Shown: one piece after another, positions 31,463-40,756 of the stretch
Numbering within the stretch: the first letter of the stretch is position 1
Layout of the letters: each line of letters opens with the position of its first letter
Source of the DNA: a bacterium
GTDB taxonomy: Bacteria > UBA8248
NCBI GenBank assembly: GCA_965203325.1
Contig: OZ241875.1
Coordinates: 3,936,001-4,000,000, forward strand
Reading direction: 5' to 3'
Length of the DNA: 64,000 nucleotides
Notes under the pieces: model-generated
Told to the model about the DNA's origin: nothing
The model's database searches: none
The model's input: only the letters and a program-made list of their open reading frames with translations
Translations under genes and position numbers: made by a program

Positions 31463-31578
31463 GCCTGACCCAGCAAGCGCTCGCGGCGCGAGGCGGTTCT
31501 CCTTCACAGAATCGACAAAATTATGGAAATACACTAGTTTTTCTTATTCGCTATTCATCTTTCATAGGAGGTTGATAG

Positions 31579-32217
31579 ATGCAGAAAGAAGACTATATCG
31601 ACAGGCCGCCCGGCCCTCTCGGAGGGTTGTGGAGCATGTGGTACCTGGATCCGTTTCTGATGATCAAGCGCGAGTTGAGCGGATTCAGAAAGGTCCGCCA
31701 CAAGGCGTTCGAGGATCAACTGAAACCAGGTCAGCCCGCGCCTGCGGTCAAGCTCCAGAGCACGTCGGGCGAAACCGTGGACCTGGCTGATTTCCGCGGG
31801 ACGAAGAACATTGTTCTCGAGTTCGGCGCGATCACGTGACCGCCCTTCCGCCGGCAGGTGCCGGGCATGGACGAGTTGCATGAGCGCTACAAGGAGGAGG
31901 ACGTCGAGTTCTTCGTCGTTTATTCCAAGGAACCTCACGCGCAGGAGCGCAAGTACTTCAAAAAATACACCCAGCACACCACCTTCGAGCACAAGATGGG
32001 CTATGCGAAGGAGTTGGTGGCCGAATTCGGCATGAAGATACCCGTTCTGGTGGACGACATCGATGAGGCGGTGGTGAACGCCTACGGGCGCATGCCGAAC
32101 ATGGTCTTCGTCATCGACAAGGAGGGGAACATCGCCTACAAGGCGAGCTGGACGGAGCAGCCCAGAGTCGACCGGGTGCTCGATGAACTCCTCGCCGAGC
32201 AGGCCGTAACGGCTTAA
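31579..32217 (+). CDS. Deiodinase-like/peroxiredoxin-fold selenoprotein (UGA=Sec at 31837-31839), 212 aa
   Basis: ORFs 31579-31839 and 31858-32217 are in frame; read-through gives VLEFGAIT-U-PPFRRQ and FFVVYSKEPH, matching iodothyronine deiodinase motifs; hairpin just downstream of the UGA. Confidence 0.85.
31840..31871 (+). promoter_or_regulatory. Putative bacterial SECIS element
   Basis: CCGGC-AGGT-GCCGG stem-loop (31851-31864) with a G-containing apical loop starting 16 nt after the UGA; stem extendable via TCC/GGA. Confidence 0.7.
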
Positions 32218-32248
32218 AAAAACGATATACATTCTACTGGAGCGTACT

Positions 32249-32575
32249 ATGAAACAGCCGGTGAGGCTTGCGGTGATTTTGTTCATTGGTTTGTTTTGTT
32301 TTTCAGGTTCAATTCATGCTCAAGATTACAGAACTGAAATAATTGAATATGTAATTGACCCTTGTTTACTTTTCTCTGTCCGGAAATCGGGGTTAGACAA
32401 AAAGATAGACGAAAAACAGGCCCTTGAACTAATGAGATTGATGACGCAAGCGCAAATGGAACAGACAATAACACAGGCAACACAGTTAGTTAGGAACAAG
32501 AATTTTGATGTTAGATTAAAGCTCTATAATGTTTTTAGAATGATTTGTATAAACTCAGCGCAAAAAAGTAGATAG
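32249..32575 (+). CDS. Small AT-rich secreted hypothetical protein
   Basis: Signal peptide ending IHA-Q; SD GGAG; markedly lower GC than its neighbours. Confidence 0.7.
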   Translation: MKQPVRLAVILFIGLFCFSGSIHAQDYRTEIIEYVIDPCLLFSVRKSGLDKKIDEKQALELMRLMTQAQMEQTITQATQLVRNKNFDVRLKLYNVFRMICINSAQKSR

Positions 32576-32598
32576 TGCAAATCAATAATCGGTAGGTA

Positions 32599-33801
32599 TC
32601 ACCGGACTTTCGGCAGGAAGAGCGCGAACGCGCAAGCAGCGATGAAAAAGCCGGGCAGCGCCCAGAAGGCGTTGGCCAGACCGAACCACTCGCCGAGAAC
32701 AGACATCGGGTAGACCGAAAGGCTCGCGATGAACCACGAGAGTCCGAGCGTGATGGAACTGGCCAGACCCCGGTTGTGGGGCATGAGTTGCTGGGCGAAG
32801 GCCATCGTCACCCCCATCGGGAGGTAGGTGGCGACGCCCAGGAAAGCAAGCAGCACGAAGCCCCACTCGGGCGGCGCAATCAAAAAAGCGCAGACGCACA
32901 GAGCGCCCAGGCCGATGCCGCCGACGATAAGCTCTTTCTTCCCGAAACGGTCTCCCAAGACACCGCCCGCCAGGACGCCGAGCGCGCCCGAGGTGAGCAT
33001 GATGGCGCTGGCCGCCCCGCCGCTCCAGATGCTCATGCCGTGTTCGGCGTAGAGCGAGGGTATGAGACTGATGAAATTGATGTTCACGACGGCGCGGCAA
33101 ATCGTGACGCCCGAGAGCAGAAGCAGCGGTGTGCCCGCCGTTCGCAGCGCTGTTACGAAATCCCAGATGGAGGCTTTCTTGTCGCCGCTCGTCGGGGGCG
33201 ATTGAGGCTTCGGCAGCCCGTATTTCACCGCCAGGGCCATGGCGACGGCGACCAGGGTGAACGACGAGAGCCATTTTATGCCCCCGAGCGAGACGATGGC
33301 GATGGCGATGACGGGCCCCAGCCCGTGGCCCACGCGCCCTCCGGCGATGAAGACGCTCACCACGAGTCCCTTCCGGTATTCGGAGAGCGCACCCGCGCGC
33401 GACGCCATGTCCGGGTGGCACAGGCCGACCATCGAACCGCCGACCGCGGCCATGACGGTGAGGGCCGTGAAGTTGGGCGCCCAGCCGATGGAGGTGATGA
33501 AAAGCGCGCTGCCCACCATCCCCACGGCGAGCCAGGGGAGCGTCGGCCAGCGGTCCACCAGAATCGCCGTCACGGGTTGTGAGAGCGCAGCGCTCATCGA
33601 GACGAAGGTGAGCAACAAGCCGCCCGTGGAGAGCGAGACCTGGAATTGCTCCCGAATCAGCGGCAGGAGCGGCGCGATGAAATTCACCGTGCCGTCCACT
33701 ACGAAGTGGGCCGTGAACAGGATGGCGAGCGCCCCCCAGGGAATCTCCTGAGCCGGGCCGCCTTCACCTAAACTCGCGTCGATTTCCTGTGCCCGGCTCA
33801 T
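32599..33801 (-). CDS. MFS transporter (Fsr-like)
   Basis: AHFVVD..APLLPLI, SQP, LCHP, GGVLGDRFGKK. Confidence 0.92.
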   Translation of the reverse strand: MSRAQEIDASLGEGGPAQEIPWGALAILFTAHFVVDGTVNFIAPLLPLIREQFQVSLSTGGLLLTFVSMSAALSQPVTAILVDRWPTLPWLAVGMVGSALFITSIGWAPNFTALTVMAAVGGSMVGLCHPDMASRAGALSEYRKGLVVSVFIAGGRVGHGLGPVIAIAIVSLGGIKWLSSFTLVAVAMALAVKYGLPKPQSPPTSGDKKASIWDFVTALRTAGTPLLLLSGVTICRAVVNINFISLIPSLYAEHGMSIWSGGAASAIMLTSGALGVLAGGVLGDRFGKKELIVGGIGLGALCVCAFLIAPPEWGFVLLAFLGVATYLPMGVTMAFAQQLMPHNRGLASSITLGLSWFIASLSVYPMSVLGEWFGLANAFWALPGFFIAACAFALFLPKVR

Positions 33802-34994
33802 GTCTCGCCCCCTTGCGTCTGGGGCTGCAGGACGCTTTCTTTATGCAGGAAGATGGCGATGAACCCGCCGATAACGAACATCGATGCGTAGAAGGTGAAC
33901 GCCATTTGAAGCCCCATCGCTTCGGCCACGAGGCCGCCGACGAGCGGCGATAGCGCGCTGGCCGCCTCGTTGAAGCCATAGATCATTCCCACCGAACTCG
34001 AGCGCACCCGCTCGTCCACGAGTTCCGTGCCGACGGCCAGCACCAGGGTGGGCACCGGCGTGAGGATGCAGGCGACGGCGAAAAGCGCGAGTAACAGCGT
34101 CGTGAGGCTTGCGACCCAGGTGAGAGAGGCCATAGCGGTGGCGCACATGAAGGTGAGCACGACGATAAGCTTCGTCCTGCCTGTTTTGTCCGACCACCTG
34201 CCGATGATGATGGACATGGTCGAGCCGATGAGAAAATAGGCGCTGAGCAGCCAACCCACCCCTTTGGTGTCGAAGCCGAATTGCTCCGCCAGCAGGAGCG
34301 GCAAAAAAGCCATGAAGCCGCGAAAGCCCATGATCCGGAACGAGGAGAGGGCGATGAGGAGCATGAGAGACTTGTTTCGGAACAGGGCGCCGAAAGTGGA
34401 CCTCGCCGCCTGGCGGAAGGGGAGGCGCTCTCCGAGTTGATCCTGAAATCGGAACCAGATGAGCGCCGCCCAGATGATACCGGGTATGACGTAGAACTGC
34501 GCCGCCATGCGCCAACTCGCCAGGTAGACGGCGAGCCAGCCGACGATGGCGGGCGAGATGATGTTCCCCATTTCGCCCCCGCCGTTGAACAGGCCCGTGC
34601 AGAAACCGCGCCTCTCGGGCAGTTCTCGCGTGATGAGCGCGACAGCCGGCGGGTGGTAGGCCGCGCTCCCGATGCCGCCGATGAAGACGAACAACAGCAG
34701 AAGGGAGTAGTTCGCCGCGTAGCCGTAGAGCAGAACGGGCAGCGCCTGCGTGAGCAGGGAAAGCGCCAGCACGGTCCGCCAGCGCCGGGTGTAGTCCGAT
34801 ATGAAGGATAGCGGGAACTGAAAGACGCTGTTCGCCACCGAATAGGTCGTTACGATGAGGCCCGCCTGCACGTAGTTGAGTTCGAATTCCGCGACGATAA
34901 GCGGGAGTACGGGTATGAGAAGCTGCGTGTAGAAAGCGTTGACGGCGTGGCTGCCCGCGATCGCGAAAAGGTTGAATATTTTCGATGGGGCCAT
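33798..34994 (-). CDS. MFS transporter
   Basis: SHAVN..PVLPLI, AYHPPA, GRWSDKTGR. Confidence 0.92.
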   Translation of the reverse strand: MAPSKIFNLFAIAGSHAVNAFYTQLLIPVLPLIVAEFELNYVQAGLIVTTYSVANSVFQFPLSFISDYTRRWRTVLALSLLTQALPVLLYGYAANYSLLLLFVFIGGIGSAAYHPPAVALITRELPERRGFCTGLFNGGGEMGNIISPAIVGWLAVYLASWRMAAQFYVIPGIIWAALIWFRFQDQLGERLPFRQAARSTFGALFRNKSLMLLIALSSFRIMGFRGFMAFLPLLLAEQFGFDTKGVGWLLSAYFLIGSTMSIIIGRWSDKTGRTKLIVVLTFMCATAMASLTWVASLTTLLLALFAVACILTPVPTLVLAVGTELVDERVRSSSVGMIYGFNEAASALSPLVGGLVAEAMGLQMAFTFYASMFVIGGFIAIFLHKESVLQPQTQGGET

Positions 34995-35163
34995 GAAGAG
35001 TCCATTGATGACGGGAACGCGAAATACTTTTCATTAGGCTTATAGGTTCTGGGGAAAACGCGCGTCAATGGCGGACGACTCATTCGGGAGGAAACCGGCG
35101 GGCCGCATCTATGCGTTCGGTGCGGGAAGACTGTGGGTGGTGTTGTTTGTAGGGGACGTATAC

Positions 35164-35444
35164 GGGGCTGTTGAAAAAGCCCCTTGAAAGGGAAACTCCA
35201 TAAAGTCAACCCCCCCTACCCCCCTGACAAGGGGGGTAGGGGGGGGTGGTTTCGACGAGGGAGGTCGGGGGTTCGCACGAAAGCGGCCTTCCCGCCAAAG
35301 GCAATATCCCCCAATAAGGATTTTTTCAACAACCCTTCCCGGTCGGGTTCGTGCCTTCGATACGGCGCTTGCGCGCCTACTCAGGATGAGGGTGTCAGGG
35401 CTTCTGCGAAGCCCGCTGCCGCAACTGGGTTCTTCAACAACCCC
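35164..35444. mobile_element. MITE-like composite element with GGGGYTGTTGAARAA terminal inverted repeats
   Basis: Left end GGGGCTGTTGAAAAAGCCC; right ends TTTTTTCAACAACCC (35335) and GGGTTCTTCAACAACCCC (35444); no transposase. Confidence 0.7.
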
Positions 35445-35551
35445 ACATGCCTCCCCGACACCGGACATTCCGTCCGTTTTTATGTTAAGAACAAATTGAA
35501 TTGAATCGGTTTCGACTGAAAAGGCAATGGAACGATGAGAGAATACGCCGC

Positions 35552-36343
35552 ATGAGCCAGCCCCCCGGTTTTGATGAGAAAGCGGCGCGACGCGTCGAGG
35601 CCGTTTACACGACGGCGGACGTGGCCGCGCAGCGCGATATTCTTTTGCAGATAGTCGCTCTTCAGACGGGCGAGCGCGTGCTCGATTTGGGTTCCGGCCC
35701 CGGCTTCATGACGCTGGAAGCCGGGCGCATGGTGGGGGAGGGGGGCGCCGTTTTGGGCGTGGACAAGAGCGCGCCCATGCTCGCTCTCGCGCAGGCGCGC
35801 TGCGCTTCGCAGCCGCAGGTGTCGTTCCGAGAGGCCGATGCGCTGAGCCTCCCTTTCGAGGATGGCGGTTTCGATGCGGCCATCATCTCCCAGGTGTATG
35901 AATACGTCACCGACATGGAAGCCGCCCTGGCGGAGCTTTTCCGCGTCCTGCGGCCGGGTGGCCGCGCCCTCATCATGGACACGGATTGGGGTTCGCTCGT
36001 GTGGAACGCGCAGGACGCCGAACGGGCGAAGCGGATTTTCACCGCATGGGATTCGCATCTGGCGGACCCCCACCTGCCGAGAAGGCTATCGTCCCTGCTG
36101 CAAAATGCCGGCTTCGAGATTTTGGACTTGAGGGTTTTGCCGCTTCTCAATACGGAGTATCCTGCGGAGAACTACAGCCACGGGATGGTTAGCGTCATCG
36201 TGCCCTTCGTCATCCGAGTGGGCGGCGTGGCGAAGGAAGAGGCCAAAGCCTGGGCGGAGGATTTGACGGCGCTCGGCGAGCGCGGTGAGTATTTTTTCAG
36301 TCTCAATCGCTACGCCTTTCTGGCAAGAAAACCTGAGGCATAA
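35552..36343 (+). CDS. Class I SAM-dependent methyltransferase (UbiE-like)
   Basis: VLDLGSGPG, ADALSLPFEDGGFD, RVLRPGG. Confidence 0.92.
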   Translation: MSQPPGFDEKAARRVEAVYTTADVAAQRDILLQIVALQTGERVLDLGSGPGFMTLEAGRMVGEGGAVLGVDKSAPMLALAQARCASQPQVSFREADALSLPFEDGGFDAAIISQVYEYVTDMEAALAELFRVLRPGGRALIMDTDWGSLVWNAQDAERAKRIFTAWDSHLADPHLPRRLSSLLQNAGFEILDLRVLPLLNTEYPAENYSHGMVSVIVPFVIRVGGVAKEEAKAWAEDLTALGERGEYFFSLNRYAFLARKPEA

Positions 36344-36344
36344 A

Positions 36345-37235
36345 ATGGACAGGTTCATCGACTGCCACAACCACCTGCATGGATTCAGTTTCGACGACTG
36401 GGAACTCCAGGGCATGTGCGGGATGGTGGGTTCCGTCCTCTCCTGCGGGAACCCCCACGTGCACCGCGAGATATGGAAGCGCCCGCCCGGGCCGGAAGAC
36501 GTGAGGAGGCTTTGGGAGAGTCCGCTCCGGATGGCCGAGGCCGCCGAAGCCAAACACCACATTCGCGCCATGTGCGCCGTGGGCGTCAGTTCGATGACGC
36601 GGGTCGACGACTGGGAGCGGCTCATCGACGCGCTACCCGGCTATCTGGAAAGCCAAAGGGTTGCCGCCCTTGGCGAAGTGGGTCTCGATCCGGGCCAGTA
36701 TTTCGGTTTCTCCTGGGATTTGGAAGAACAGGCCAGGTGTCTCGAAGCGCAGGCGCGCCTCGCGGCGGAACTGAAAAAACCTCTGATCCTTCATACGCCC
36801 ACTTATAAAAACCCGAAAGAATTCCTGGGCGGCGTGGATACGCAGGGAGATATTTCGCCCGAGGAATTCAGGCTCCATTACCTGAAGATGGATCTGGAAG
36901 TCATCGACGCCGCAGGTCTCGAACACTCCCTGCTCGTTGTCGACCACGTGGATGCGACGATAGTGGATTTCGTTCACGAACAGACGGGCGCCTGGTGCGC
37001 GACGAGTCTCGGGAGCAGGCTTCGTCCGATTCCTCCCGCCGCCGTCGTGGAGTGGGTTCGGCGTCACGGGGCAGGGCGAATGATGCTCAACTCGGACCTC
37101 ATCCCCTACACCTCGAACGATCTTTACTGCATTCCCCGGGCGATTCGCGCCATGCGTCGTGGCGGCATCGCCGAGGCGGAGATCGAAAAGGCCGCCTTCG
37201 GAAACGCGAACGCGCTCTTCGGCTTCGGCCTATAA
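36345..37235 (+). CDS. TatD-like metal-dependent hydrolase
   Basis: FIDCHNH, ALGEVGLD, LILHTP, VVDH, MLNSD. Confidence 0.88.
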   Translation: MDRFIDCHNHLHGFSFDDWELQGMCGMVGSVLSCGNPHVHREIWKRPPGPEDVRRLWESPLRMAEAAEAKHHIRAMCAVGVSSMTRVDDWERLIDALPGYLESQRVAALGEVGLDPGQYFGFSWDLEEQARCLEAQARLAAELKKPLILHTPTYKNPKEFLGGVDTQGDISPEEFRLHYLKMDLEVIDAAGLEHSLLVVDHVDATIVDFVHEQTGAWCATSLGSRLRPIPPAAVVEWVRRHGAGRMMLNSDLIPYTSNDLYCIPRAIRAMRRGGIAEAEIEKAAFGNANALFGFGL

Positions 37236-37236
37236 T

Positions 37237-37947
37237 TCAGTCCAGCACCGCTACGGCGCGCACGGGCGAGCCGGTAGCGTCTTTCAGCTTGATGGGCAGG
37301 CACAGGAAGGTGAAGCGCTTGCCCACCAGGCGTTCGGGAATCACCAGATTCTCCGTGTTGAGCATCCCCCGCTCCTTGCACACCTGGTGAGAGGGGTAGG
37401 GTTCTTCCGATTCGGGAAACATCTGCGTGGGGTTTTCTATCGTGAACGCCTCACAGCCGATGTTGCGCACCCCCCGATCGGCGAGATACTCGGTGGCGGG
37501 CCGGCTCAGGCCCGCGAATTCCTTCCACCATACATCGGGGTCCGGGTCCTTGAAGGACTTCTCGAAGTGGCCCGTGTAGTACAAAAAGGCGTCGCCCTCT
37601 TCGATGGTGAGCCCGTGTTTTCCCAGTTCGCGCTCGATGTGTTCGGTTTCGATGTAGGTCTTGGGCGCGACGTCCGAGAAATCCACGCAGATCGCGCTCG
37701 AATAAAAACGCTCCAGCGGCAACTGGTCGATGGAGGGCGCGTCTCCGGGAACGTAGTGGTTCAGGGCGTCCACGTGGCTTCCGGTGTGGTCAGACAGCGT
37801 GAGCTTCATGGCCGCGAAGGAGAATTTCCCGAGAAATCTTTCGGATGACTCCTCGTGCGTCATCATCGGCTCGATGGCCACCTTGGGATGAAACGGACGC
37901 TCGAATCCGCCCGCCGCCACAGTTTGTGAGAGGTCGATCAATTCCAT
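37237..37947 (-). CDS. Cyclase family protein (kynurenine formamidase-like)
   Basis: HTGSHVDA, ENL, GSPVRAVA. Confidence 0.92.
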   Translation of the reverse strand: MELIDLSQTVAAGGFERPFHPKVAIEPMMTHEESSERFLGKFSFAAMKLTLSDHTGSHVDALNHYVPGDAPSIDQLPLERFYSSAICVDFSDVAPKTYIETEHIERELGKHGLTIEEGDAFLYYTGHFEKSFKDPDPDVWWKEFAGLSRPATEYLADRGVRNIGCEAFTIENPTQMFPESEEPYPSHQVCKERGMLNTENLVIPERLVGKRFTFLCLPIKLKDATGSPVRAVAVLD

Positions 37948-37992
37948 GAAATTTTATCCTTTCCTCGTGAAACGCGAATCAAATCACTCTCT

Positions 37993-39579
37993 TCAAGCCA
38001 TCATGGTTTCCACGGGCGCCCAGAAGCGGTCGATTTCCAGATCCTCCGCGATCGCGTTCGCGCAGTTATAGCCGGGCGCTCCCGTCACCGCGCCGCCCAC
38101 GTGCGAGCTTGAACCGCAGAGATAGAGTTTCCCGATCGGCGTGCGGAAGTCGCTCACGTCCGGATGCGGGCGGTTGTGCCCCAACTGCTCGGGAATGTAG
38201 GCGCCCACGTGATGACTCGCGCGGACGAAGTTCGGGTTCATGCGCACGATGTCGAGCGGCGTGTAGAGATAGCTGCCCATGATGTTGTCGTGGTTGATGT
38301 TGGGCGCATAGGGCGTCCAGGAGTCGATGAAGTGCTGGGTGTACTCCTCGCGCCGCGCGTCCCACGCCTCGGCGCCGCCGTCTTTGAGTTCAAAGGGCGC
38401 AAACGGCCACCAGTAGCCCACGTGCGTGCCGTCCGGCGAGTAGGTCGGGTCGAAGTGGCTGTTGCTGCCGCCGTTGCCCATGAGCTTGGGAAGTTCGCCG
38501 TCGTGGATCGTCTCGAAGCACGCGTCGATCTCTTCGGTCGAGTCCGCGCCCCAGAAGATGTTGAACGTCTTGTTGACGTCGGGCTCGAATTTCGCCGCCT
38601 TGAAATCGGGCGCTTCCTTGAGCGCCAGGTGGATGGTGCACAGCCCGTGGCTCGCCCACTGATACTCGAGAGCCGCTCTGGCGAGCTTGCCGCCGAAGTA
38701 ATCCTCCCCGGCCAGACGCACCGTGAGCGGCCAGTTCACACCGCTCGCCACGAACTCGGTGGCATCGATGCGTGTGCCGTCGTCCAGGATGACACCGGTG
38801 GCGTCCCCGCTTTCCACCGTGATCTCGCGAACCTCCGCATTCGTGAACACCTTGCCGCCGCCTCGCTCGACCACGCGCTCGAGCGCGCGCGTGAAGTTCA
38901 CCGACCCACCCACGGGCAGGGCGAAGCTCGCGATGCGCGAGAAGATACGCGGGAAGAAAATGCCGGTCGTGGGCGTGTTCTCGAGGGTGAAGGAGCCCAG
39001 GAAGAGCTTGAAGAGCACGCGCAGCTTTTCGTCCTCGAAATGCTGGTCCACGGCCTCGTACATGCTGAGGTTCGTGTAGCTTAAGAACTCACGGCCCAGC
39101 GGCCCCGCGAAGCGCTCTTTCAACTCCTCGGGCGGCAGGGGGGCGCAGTACATGAAGGAGGTGATGATGTCGAGCATCCCCTCGGTGAACTTGACGTGGA
39201 GGTCGCGGTAGGTTCTCGCGTCGTTTTTGTTGATGCGTTCGATCGACTTGATGGTCTTCTCCACGTCGCGGTGGATGACGAACGCCGTGCCGTCGCTGAA
39301 GATGCAGCCTTGCTGAAACTCCGGGAAGATGAGGCTGAAGCCGTATTCGTGGAGTTCCAGGTCGCGCAGGATGGGACTTCTCTCCAGACCCACGTAGTAA
39401 TTCGAGTGCAGGTTGTGCTTGAAGCCCGGCAGGGTGACTTCGTGCGTGGAGCAGCCCCCGCCGGCGACGTCTGAGCGTTCCAGAACGGCTACCTTTTTTC
39501 CGGCTTTCGCCAGATAGGCGGCGCATACCAGGCTGTTGTGTCCGCCGCCGACGAACAATCCATCGTAAGATTCGGTCAT
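37993..39579 (-). CDS. FAD-dependent oxidoreductase, phytoene dehydrogenase-like
   Basis: GGGHNSLVCAAYLAKAG..VLER; TPIGKLYLCGSSSHVGGAVTGAPGYN. Confidence 0.9.
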   Translation of the reverse strand: MTESYDGLFVGGGHNSLVCAAYLAKAGKKVAVLERSDVAGGGCSTHEVTLPGFKHNLHSNYYVGLERSPILRDLELHEYGFSLIFPEFQQGCIFSDGTAFVIHRDVEKTIKSIERINKNDARTYRDLHVKFTEGMLDIITSFMYCAPLPPEELKERFAGPLGREFLSYTNLSMYEAVDQHFEDEKLRVLFKLFLGSFTLENTPTTGIFFPRIFSRIASFALPVGGSVNFTRALERVVERGGGKVFTNAEVREITVESGDATGVILDDGTRIDATEFVASGVNWPLTVRLAGEDYFGGKLARAALEYQWASHGLCTIHLALKEAPDFKAAKFEPDVNKTFNIFWGADSTEEIDACFETIHDGELPKLMGNGGSNSHFDPTYSPDGTHVGYWWPFAPFELKDGGAEAWDARREEYTQHFIDSWTPYAPNINHDNIMGSYLYTPLDIVRMNPNFVRASHHVGAYIPEQLGHNRPHPDVSDFRTPIGKLYLCGSSSHVGGAVTGAPGYNCANAIAEDLEIDRFWAPVETMMA

Positions 39580-39687
39580 GATCCCTCTCCTCTGAAAGGA
39601 CTCAGCCTCACGGGCTGCTTGCGATCTGGTCTGTATGTGTCCCTATTCTGCCTTGTTGAGGCGCATTTCTCAATACGCGTTATTTCC

Positions 39688-40080
39688 TCAGGCCTCTGGC
39701 AGATAGGCCGTGGCGTCGATTTCGACGAGAAAATCCTCGGAAGCCAATCCGTCCACGATCACGCCCGTGCTTGCAGGCGCATGGGGGCCGAAGTATTCCG
39801 CGATCACCGCGTATACGGGTTTTCGGTACGCCCTGTCGGTGATGTAGTTCGTGAGCTTCACGACGTGGGAGAGGTCGCCGCCCGCCTCTTCGAGAAGCTG
39901 ACGGATGTTCTCGCACGCCTGACGCGCCTGGGCGGCGGCGTCGCCGGGTGCGGGCGGTGCGCCGTCGAGTCCCTCTCCGGTCTGACCCGCGAGATAGAGC
40001 GTCCTGCCCGCCAGGAGGCCCTGGGAATAGCTGCCCACCCCGGCGGTCACCTGCGTGGTGTGGAATTTTTGAAATGGCAT
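39688..40080 (-). CDS. RidA/YjgF family protein
   Basis: YSQG..LYLAGQ, PASTGVIV, LVEIDATA. Confidence 0.92.
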   Translation of the reverse strand: MPFQKFHTTQVTAGVGSYSQGLLAGRTLYLAGQTGEGLDGAPPAPGDAAAQARQACENIRQLLEEAGGDLSHVVKLTNYITDRAYRKPVYAVIAEYFGPHAPASTGVIVDGLASEDFLVEIDATAYLPEA

Positions 40081-40216
40081 GGCGTTATCTCCAGAAATCA
40101 GCGGAAAAACGTGGATGCGCCGGCGATGGCGCTTCTATGCCGTGTTTATGAGCTTCACCGCCCGTGCATGAGGGGGCCGCGGCGGAGTGTGCACCCACCC
40201 CCGCGCCTCGCGCGCG

Positions 40217-40612
40217 TTACTCCATGTCGAACATCGCCGTGGACGCGACCTCGATCAGGTTGTTTTCCGGGTCTCTAAAGAAGATTTGGGGATACCCGTA
40301 AGGCTCGTCGTGGAACGGGATGCCGTGCGACTTGAGCCGTTCTTTCATACCTGCCAGATCCTCGGTCACCATCCCGAAGTGGTGGTCCATATAGCTGTCT
40401 TCGTTGTCGCTGATGGAATGCTTGACGTGCGTGTCGCTCACTTTGGCGAGGTGAATCTGATGGTCCTCACCCGCCTCGTACCAATAGCCCGGGAAGGGGA
40501 AGTGGGGCCGGGGCATTTCGGGCAGTCCCAGGATTTCGTTGTAAAACTTGTGCATGGCCGGCAAATCCCGGCAATAGATGCTGAAGTGCTGCAGGAACTT
40601 GATCTTGGACAT
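40217..40612 (-). CDS. VOC/glyoxalase family protein
   Basis: LQHFSIY..FYNEILGL, HHFGM, IFFRDPENNLIE; SD GAGGAG. Confidence 0.88.
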   Translation of the reverse strand: MSKIKFLQHFSIYCRDLPAMHKFYNEILGLPEMPRPHFPFPGYWYEAGEDHQIHLAKVSDTHVKHSISDNEDSYMDHHFGMVTEDLAGMKERLKSHGIPFHDEPYGYPQIFFRDPENNLIEVASTAMFDME

Positions 40613-40756
40613 CAGTGTCTCTCCTCGGGTTGTCGGGTGCTTTCTCACACTAATAATGCTCTTTTCCCTCTCTGGCAAGGCGCGGCTCCGGCGGGGATAT
40701 TCAAATCCGCCCGATTGTCGTATTCTCAGGAAAACACCAAACCGGAGGATTCCCCC

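Noticed and set aside
35109..35504. ORFs within repeat blocks (also 50194-50589, 55378-55767, 60720-60989)
   Set aside because: They are translations of palindromic repeats and have no coding signals
40187..40756. 190-aa N-terminal extension of the amidohydrolase in the ORF track
   Set aside because: It overlaps the antisense VOC gene; the SD and family homology start at 40757
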